NCBI GenBank assembly: GCA_951406725.2
Contig: OX597816.1
Span: 68,076,001-68,140,000, forward strand
Source of the DNA: Octopus vulgaris
Lineage: Eukaryota
Length of the DNA stretch: 64,000 nt
Direction: 5' to 3'
Both the position numbers and the translations under genes were made by a program. Below, one piece after another: positions 55,818 to 64,000 of this stretch (within the stretch, counting starts at the first letter, position 1; each line of letters begins with the position of its first letter). The notes under the pieces were generated by a model. That model was given only the letters and a program-made list of their open reading frames with translations, made no database searches and had not been told where the DNA came from.

Positions 55818-56695
55818 TGGGTGAGTGTCCCGAAAAATCACTGGTGGGTTTAAATTTTTAATAATTTCCTTAATTTTACAAATAAATGCATGAAATTTTG
55901 CAACAATATAAAGGACATAATGGAAATTAATACACGCACAAGTCAAATTTTGCAAAACCACTACATCACATGTGAAAAATGACATCGCTTAAATGGCAGC
56001 CATTTTCGCCGTCGCACGCCCGTACTTTTTCCAAAACTTGCACCATAACACCCTCAAGAGTTTCAGACCTCACATCTCTGATTTCTCTATTGATGTTCTC
56101 GTTCACTTGCACCAGGGTCTCCAGTTTGTTGACGTAAACCCTCTCTTTTAGGTAACCCCGTAAGAAAAAATCTAGGCTAGTCAAGTCTGGAGAACATGAT
56201 GGCCATTCAAAATAGACCTCACACATAGTTCCAGCAAGATGGGGCAACTGCTAATACCGCAAGAGAAACACTGCAGTTGCTATGGCAGTGATTTGGAGAG
56301 AGAATAATCTCCAAATACAGCAATGTCAACTGGTCTTCACATTCTCCAGACTTGACTAGCACGGATTTTTTCTAGTGGGGGATACTGGAAAAAGAGGGTT
56401 TTCGTCAACAAAATCGGGACCCTGGTGCAACTGAAGGAGAACATCAATAGAGAAATCAGAGAAGTGGTGTCTGAAACTCTTGAAGGGTGTTATGGTGTAA
56501 GTTTTGGAAAGAGCACGGGTGTGCGAAACCGAAAATGGGTGCCATTTTAGCGATGTCATTTTTTATGTGAATGTGACTTGTCCATTTTAAGTTTTATTAT
56601 GTCCTTTATATTGTATCAAAATTTCATGCATTTATTTGTAAAGTTAAGGAACTTATTAAAATTTAAAACCAATCAGTAACTTTTGGGAAACTCAA
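55818..56695. mobile_element. Foldback element made of two inverted Tc1/mariner 3' ends
   Basis: 55818-56210(-) encodes WPSCSPDLTSLDFFLRGYLKERVY...ENGCHL; 56320-56695(+) is a diverged inverted copy. Confidence 0.85.
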
Positions 56696-56744
56696 TATAT
56701 ATATATACATACGTACACACACACACACATTGTGTGAATACGCG

Positions 56745-56783
<39 letters not shown>

Positions 56784-57599
56784 GCATGCACAGATCTAAG
56801 TGTGTCCTCCATAAAGTAAAAGTTAGTATACTCTTTTACTTGTTTCAGTCATTTGACTGCAGCCATGCTGGAGCACCGCCTTTAATCGAGCAACTCGACC
56901 CCGGGACTTATTCTTTTTGTAAGCCCAGTACTTATTCTATCGGTCTCTTTTGCCGAACCGCTAAGTATATTAATCATAATTATATATTTCTTTACTAAAC
57001 ACAAGGGGCTAAACACAGAGGGGACAAACATGGACAAACTGATTAAGTCGATTACATCGACCCCAGTGCGTAACTGGTACTTAATTTATCGACCCCAACG
57101 GCAGACGAAATACGGCGTGCTAACGTTTCTGCCAGCTCGCCGCCTTTTAGTATGTTTATCATAGTTATATACCACAAAAAAAAAAATTACTTTTGACTAG
57201 GCACAGGGCCAATATTTTTAAATTAGTAAGTATAGTTATTTTTATTGACTGCACTACCATTCATTACTGATTATGACCACAATGTATATATAAAGTAATT
57301 ATAAAAATGACGTATGGAGATTAAAAAGTATCAATGATAACAAACCTGAAACAACAAATATCTCGAGATTTATGTTTTAAATATTTCGGAAAAGTTTATT
57401 TTTTATTGCAGAATTAAATACTTTTGACTTTAAAAGCAAAATAGTATTGTCTACCAAATCTGAAGATGTGATTGTTTTGTTAAGAAGCTTGCTTCTCAAG
57501 CATGTGGTTTTGGGTTCAAACTCACAGCGTGGCATTTTGGACAATTGTTTTCCTCTATAACTCCTGGCTAATCAAGACCTTATGAGTGAACTTGGTTGT

Positions 57600-58740
57600 T
57601 TGTATGTATGTATGTATGTCACTATTCAGTTTATTTCAAGATTTCTTGCCAATAGAGAAAGAACCGGTTTCTAACCTACATCCAACCTTCATTGGAATTT
57701 CAACATCAACCAAGTATTTTTGTATATATGTATATTTATATGTATACGTGTAGTTTTGTATGTTTTGCTTTATGTAAGTATTCTCATGTATATAATTGCA
57801 TGTCTAATCATGCTCATATATACTTAAATGATAAATTTCCGGAAAGTTTTACAGATTTCTCAATAGTTCAGCATAGGTGTTCTCTTTATCACTGATTTTC
57901 AGCTTTATATTAACATCCACTGGGCAGCTGATTTCCACAACTATGCACAGTTTCTCTTCTCTATCCCAAGTCATTATATCGGGTCTGTTGTGCTTACATT
58001 TTATTGAGGTCTTTACTGCTACATTCCACCAGTACTCCTTTTAATCATGAGTGGCTATGGCTTCTATCATATTGTGGGTTTTATTTCTTTGTCCTCAGGA
58101 TCATCCTTTCGACGGATTTCATTATATGTTGTGCTAGCTAACATGTCATGTAGATAATACCGTGATGACATTTTCGGACAACCGCTTTTGATGTGGGTGA
58201 TATCTTCGGTGTGAACTCCACAAAGTCTGCATCGGTTGTCACACTTTACGGCTTTACATGCATCTCTATCCCTTTAGTGCATCAGGTACTTGGTTGATAT
58301 TTCCTGTTCCTGGATTGCAAACGCATACCCTTCAAAGTGGGAGGTGGTAATCCGGCTATTGTTCCATGATAAACTACTCTGATGATCGATGTTACTATCA
58401 TCATGGAGCTTTCTAGTAACATATCCATGCATAGTCTTCTGCCCATATAGGCTCATTTTTTCATCCGATGATATGTTGCGGTAGAGTCGTGTGACTTCTT
58501 TGGGCATGTATTCTAGGTTATCTGACAAAGAGCGTTGGTCAAGGAGCTGCCTTCCAAGTCTTATGATGTTATCAGCCTCATGTATGCAAACTTAGTCAAG
58601 GAGTGCACTGCGACACTTGGTAGTTAAAAGATGTTGCTGAAGGGATATGATGCGACATTTTGGATCCATGTGAAGCCTCTTGCGCCTTGTTTTCGTTTTA
58701 GGTCGAGGCGGTCCATATCACTGTTTATGTGGAAATTATG
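57600..58740 (-). mobile_element. R4/Dong-like retrotransposon 3' fragment, same family as 49050
   Basis: MHG..., EGYAFAIQEQEISTKY, CRLCGVHTEDITHIKSGCP and HNRPDI; 3' UTR near-identical to 49650-49860. Confidence 0.87.
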
Positions 58741-59720
58741 CATGTATGTATGGTTCAAATTTACAGAAAGCAAAAGACAAAGACAAGTGAGGGAACAACA
58801 AACATGCGTATTAGTTTGACGCCTAAAAAGAATGGAAAAGTCTTTGATGTCTCGAGCCTACGCTCTTCAACAGCAAGGGATGAGAGGAAAAAATGGAGAA
58901 AAAAATGTGTCGGGATTATCGGTTTAACATAATGAGAATACACACACACAGACAGACAGACAGACACACACACACACATCACGGGCTTTATGTGTGCGTT
59001 GTTTTTTGCGCTGCCCACCACTTGGCAATCGAATTGTTTACATCACCGTAACCTTTCGGTAGAATAAATAGCAAACTTAAAGATAAGTAATGGTGTCAAT
59101 TTGTTCGACTGAACCCTTCATGGTGGTGCCCCAGCATTGTTTCGAATGACTAAATAAAGATAATTGTAAGTGACTATGAAATTTTTATTAAAATTCTATT
59201 TGATGAAAATCGCTCCCCATTTACCAAGAGATCATAATATAACAACAGTGAAGGTGCACGACTCAGTGGTTAAAGCGTCAGGAATAGAATTTTGAGGTTA
59301 TGAGTTCGATTCCCTGACTGGATTGTGTGTTGTGGTCTTGTGCAAATACATTATTTCATGTTCCAGGTCACTCAGCTGTAGAAATTCTGACGTCACTGGT
59401 GCCAAGCTGTGTCGGCCTTTGCCTTTCTCGTGGACAACATCGGTGGCGTGCAGAGAGGAGGCTGGTATGCACGGGCGACTGCTGGTCTTCCATAAACAAC
59501 CTTTACTGGACCCGCGCCTCAGAGAGGGAACTTTCGAAGTGAGATCCCATAATCATTTAGGGATTTTACATAACATAATGTTTTCAAGAATTTTCGTCAT
59601 TACAATTTTAACTATTACTCAATCTCAATGAGTGTTGCATAGTTCTAGAAAGATATTTAAAATCAAATTCATTTGTGTGTCAGTGTTTGCATACATACAT
59701 ACATACACACACACATTATT

Positions 59721-59771
<51 letters not shown>

Positions 59772-59962
59772 GTATGTATCTTTCATATTATACTTGTTTC
59801 AGTCATTAGACTTCGGCCATGGATGGTGGGGCACCACTTTGACGGCTTGGACAGACCGGAGGTATAGTTGAAGACACTTACCCAAGGTACCATGAAATGT
59901 GACTGAACTAGGTAATATGTGGTTGTCATGTAAACTCCTTACCACATGCAACGCCTCCGCCC

Positions 59963-60039
<77 letters not shown>

Positions 60040-60445
60040 GCATGTATGTGTGTCTGTGTGTGTGTATAAATATGTTCAAGTGGCATGAGGTTTGAAAATC
60101 TGAGAAGAATCTATTTCACGTACAAATATGTCTAGACGTTAAAACGGAAGCTAAAAAGAAAATGCTTTTTCTGAAAGTTTTGAGTTTGGGGGAAAATATA
60201 TATAAATAAATATAAATAACGCAAAATGTTTGATAAGAAATGTTTATTTCTTCAACAAAATGCCAAACGAAGCTAAAATAAAAATATAAGATTAATGAAT
60301 GCTGACAAAATATTTGTGAACAGAATTGTTTTTAAGTAAGACGTGAATTTTAACTTGAGCGTAAGTATATATATATATATATATATATACATTCTGGTGC
60401 ATCTAACTTAAGTACCATATTCCTTTGAATCTAAATTTTGCTGAA

Positions 60446-60519
<74 letters not shown>

Positions 60520-61479
60520 CACACACATACATATATACTTACATTCATACACATGCACACACACATAATTATATATATGCTTACATACATATACACATAC
60601 ATAGGCAGAAAGCAGCTCGTTCTTACATTGTTCTTTTTGCAAACAGACACTCCAAGACTCCAAGGTAAGACGGTAGAAACAACTTTATTCAAGGCAGAGA
60701 CCACTTGAAAAATACATACAAGATTTTCGTTAGAATGCCTTGATATTTTGCTCTCCTCTTGTTGGCCCGAAAAAGGTGACAATATATCACTCGAGTGTTA
60801 ATTTTCCTAAATTCATTGTATGAAAGCCGTTTTTATTCAAGCAGTGCCACTCAGCCACAAAAAACAAAAACAAAAACAAAAACAAAAAACAAAAATCAGC
60901 AAACAAAAGAAAAGAAACAAAAAGAAAATTTCATGGGTCATTGTCTGAAGAGTATCATATGTATTTACTCTTATATTAAGGCGATGTCTTTCTGCGGTTT
61001 AATCGACCCCAGTATTTATTTTAAATTACAGACGTACTATCACTGTTTATCTTTTTATACTAAGGAGTATATCCATAGATACTGAGACGAAACTATTTAG
61101 ATTAATTAATTAAATTTACGAGCTACGTGAAGCAGCAGTGTAGCTGTTATGTTCCTGTTGCAACATCATTGTGGACAGTAAAAGGTAGATCTACTGGTCT
61201 AGGGAACGAATACTTTAAATACAATTTTGCAGTGGAAAGAAAATATAAAGTCAAATGCAGCCACACACACACAATCTCTGCCTCTGTTTCTCACTTATAC
61301 AAACGCACGTACACACACTTATATTTGGTCGATAGTTTTATACTCCGTTGTTTTTTAACATTGATCGCTCAGCATCCCGAAGCGACTGCAGCAGTCTGTA
61401 TGCAGCACACCACCTCCACCTCCACCTCCTGACTGTAATCAACAGAAAACGTACTGTCAAAATACGTGAACACCTTCAC

Positions 61480-61930
61480 CGCATTTAGAGGTCGATACGT
61501 GGGCACAATGGTCATAGATTCGACTTCCAGCTGAGACCCGTGTCAAATATTTTTGGCGAGAGCATGTCTAGAACGAAGAGGTTATGCAGCGTTAAACTAT
61601 GTCTAATGATGTATCACGCGGGAATTACAGCAAGAGTAGAATATGATCTGAGTAGGACATGCAATCCGTTGGGATGACACTAAGATGCTCATGGTTGGAC
61701 TCTACATCATACACTCAAATGTTGAAGAAAGTGCTGCAGGGAAAATTGAGATGTTTGGTGACAACCACGTGGATATTATCAATAAATTTCTCAATGAAAT
61801 GCGAGTCCCGATAGTGGCTGCATGGGAGAATATAGCAGTTGACACCAAAAGATGGTAAAGGGTTATAAAGAATGAGATAAAAACGACAGCATCGAATTTG
61901 ACAAAACGAAAAAGAACAGATCAAAAAGCT
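61480..61930 (+). mobile_element. Ancient RTE-like LINE 3' remnant
   Basis: Degenerate ...HVDIINKFLNEMRVPIVAAWENIAVDTKRW*RVIK resembles an RTE C-terminus. Confidence 0.35.
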
Positions 61931-62181
61931 AGAGTAAGATTTGTATTATTGTTGACAACAGATCTGTCAAAAATATTCTGCAATAGCGCCTTTGGTTTCA
62001 ACTCCCGTGAAAGAATAAAGCATTAATGATAGAGTTCCTTGGTGAAATAAAAAAAAATTATTAATCCCATTTCTACTACCAAATCACTCAGTTACGAGTG
62101 AAAGTATATATATATATATATATATATTTCTAAGTCTCTCTAAAGGAGACTACGGCAGCGATACTGGACATTAATAGTCAT

Positions 62182-62485
62182 TGCCTAGCTAACATGGCAG
62201 TCCAGAAAAATAGGACGAATGCTACCGTTGATTAGCTCCAAGAGGCCATTGCCTCTAGCTAGCTATGTGACACACGAACCTGTGTCCACAATAACCTTCG
62301 AACAGGGGAGGTCAGCCGCTTCCCCTTGCCGGTCTGGCATCTACAGACTAGTTTCAGGGTAGCATCTACAGACTAGTTTCGAAGGTTATAGTGGACACAG
62401 GTTGGTGAGTCACATAGCTAACTAGAAGCGATGGCCTAATCAACGGCAGCATTCGTCCTATTTTTCTAGACTACCATGTTAGCTT

Positions 62486-62489
<4 letters not shown>
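62182..62489. mobile_element. MITE with ~120-bp TIRs
   Basis: tgcctagctaacatgg...accttcgaa / ttcgaaggt...ccatgttagcttggca; internal direct repeat gcatctacagactagtttc x2. Confidence 0.85.
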
Positions 62490-62538
<49 letters not shown>

Positions 62539-62539
<1 letters not shown>

Positions 62540-62773
62540 TAGTATAATAAATAAAATATATGCATACATACAAACATATATGTACGTAACTACATCTACA
62601 TGTATATATACATGCATATATAAATATATATATACATGTGTACAGGACACCGCAAATAGACGTGGTGTCCTGTACACACGTATATATATTTATATATGCA
62701 TGTATATATACATGTAGATATAGGTACGTACATATATGTTTGTATGTATGCATATATTTATTTATTACACTAT
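62539..62773. repeat. ~115-bp-arm palindrome
   Basis: Apex tgtgtacaggacacc-(loop)-ggtgtcctgtacaca, with complementarity extending through the non-periodic AT-rich flanks. Confidence 0.85.
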
Positions 62774-62862
62774 TGTATGACTGAGCGCCTTCGCGTCGAT
62801 TCGATTCGATTCGTTTGGTTTGGTTTGGTTTCTTCTTCTTCTCTAAGCTGGTTTATATATAT

Positions 62863-62915
<53 letters not shown>

Positions 62916-63024
62916 AAAAAAGGTTTGAAAATGCAATTTAAACGATGTTTATTTACTTAACCGGTTTCACTCTTTGGTAAAAGATTGTCAAAAGTTACAT
63001 TTAAGGAAACATTGAATAATATGG

Positions 63025-63150
63025 GTTCAAAAAAAGTTTTTTACATAATTGTCACATTGAATATTATGCATTCAAAAAGTTTTTTACATAATTGTCACAT
63101 TGGATATTATGAATTCAAAAATGTTTTTTTATACATAATTGTCACATTAC
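63025..63150. repeat. ~44-bp tandem repeat x3
   Basis: ttcaaaaa.ttttttacataattgtcacatt unit. Confidence 0.8.
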
Positions 63151-63577
63151 ATGTATAAATATAGTGTTTGGTAACAGAGAAGTTCAATAGTGTGATGAGA
63201 ATATTTGGGAAAATTTGGCAGAAAAGGATAAAACAAATATATTATTGGGAATTGGTTGCGTTAATTATTGGTTGTCGCAAATTGTCACATTACATGTATA
63301 TATATACAATCTTTGGTATATATATACAGCGTTTTGACAGCAAAAATTAAAATGGATTTTTTTGTACATCTCAGAATATTTTAAGTATGTTTTTACTGAC
63401 CTGTCAGTATTAGCAGAAAGGCTGAACTGAGAGAACAGAAGAAGTAGCCAATGTGGTGTATACTTCCCCTTTATGCATGAATGATTTTGGGGTTATCAGG
63501 AGGTTAGTATGCGGGTGTGAATAGATGCGTCCGTGCCTGCTGGTCAGATAGCGTCTGTTTGTCACACACATATATAT

Positions 63578-63620
<43 letters not shown>

Positions 63621-63956
63621 CAACTCGAGGTCATCTGCGTCACTCGTGCTCATCACTGATTTCACATAAGACACATGCCTGCTCGAAGAATTTCCAGTTT
63701 TCCAGTACTATGTCTTTCTCCATTTCTAAGTTAAGAGTAAAAATAAAGCAACCATGCAAAACACAATAGACACAGACGACCGTCAGACGCTGAACGAAAA
63801 TAAATGAACTGCGACCAGGCTCAAGAAAAGGGGCCCGAGTTATTGGCTGCAATTACATCCTCAGTCTGTGTTGGTAGAAATTAAATCAGTTTGCAAATAC
63901 ACGCTCTCTTTACTAAATTTATACTCGGGCTAAGCCCGAAAAGGCCGAGTGCCGGA

Positions 63957-63987
<31 letters not shown>

Positions 63988-64000
63988 AGTGGCGACTCCG

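Noticed and set aside
63509-63516. GCM-type site ATGCGGGT (also at 8712) as a conserved gcm-to-repo input
   Set aside because: About one hit is expected by chance in this window, one of the two lies in a LINE, and there is no clustering.

Overview
AT-rich, microsatellite-saturated animal genomic DNA. The SINE, mariner and R4/RTE repeat complement strongly resembles an octopus (coleoid cephalopod) genome; the taxon is an inference. Nearly all listed ORFs are translations of (TA)n/(CA)n/(TAA)n repeats or transposon debris. The one clear host gene is not in the ORF track: a minus-strand 124-nt homeobox exon (13753-13876) encoding most of a PRD-class homeodomain of the Repo (reversed polarity) type. 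I propose it is joined upstream to a 13-nt microexon (15997-16009) and an exon ending at 37150; I did not find the VWFQNRR exon, so it probably lies left of the window. Also present are four or more tRNA-derived SINE families, decayed mariner/Tc1 elements, CR1, RTE and R4/Dong-like LINE fragments, Helentron-like elements and at least seven long foldback elements. The most striking unannotated signal is a set of minimal type-I hammerhead-ribozyme motifs from several unrelated (TA)n-embedded repeat families, probably Penelope-like. They include canonical cores (3954, 39796, 42365, 33203), a recurrent U3-A8 core variant with stem-II covariation (5075, 5701, 33433, 43886), and an ~780-bp palindrome with one such motif on each arm. 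A SINE that forms ~180-bp concatemers, apparently by joining at a fixed site within its own family, is also notable. All calls were made by eye.
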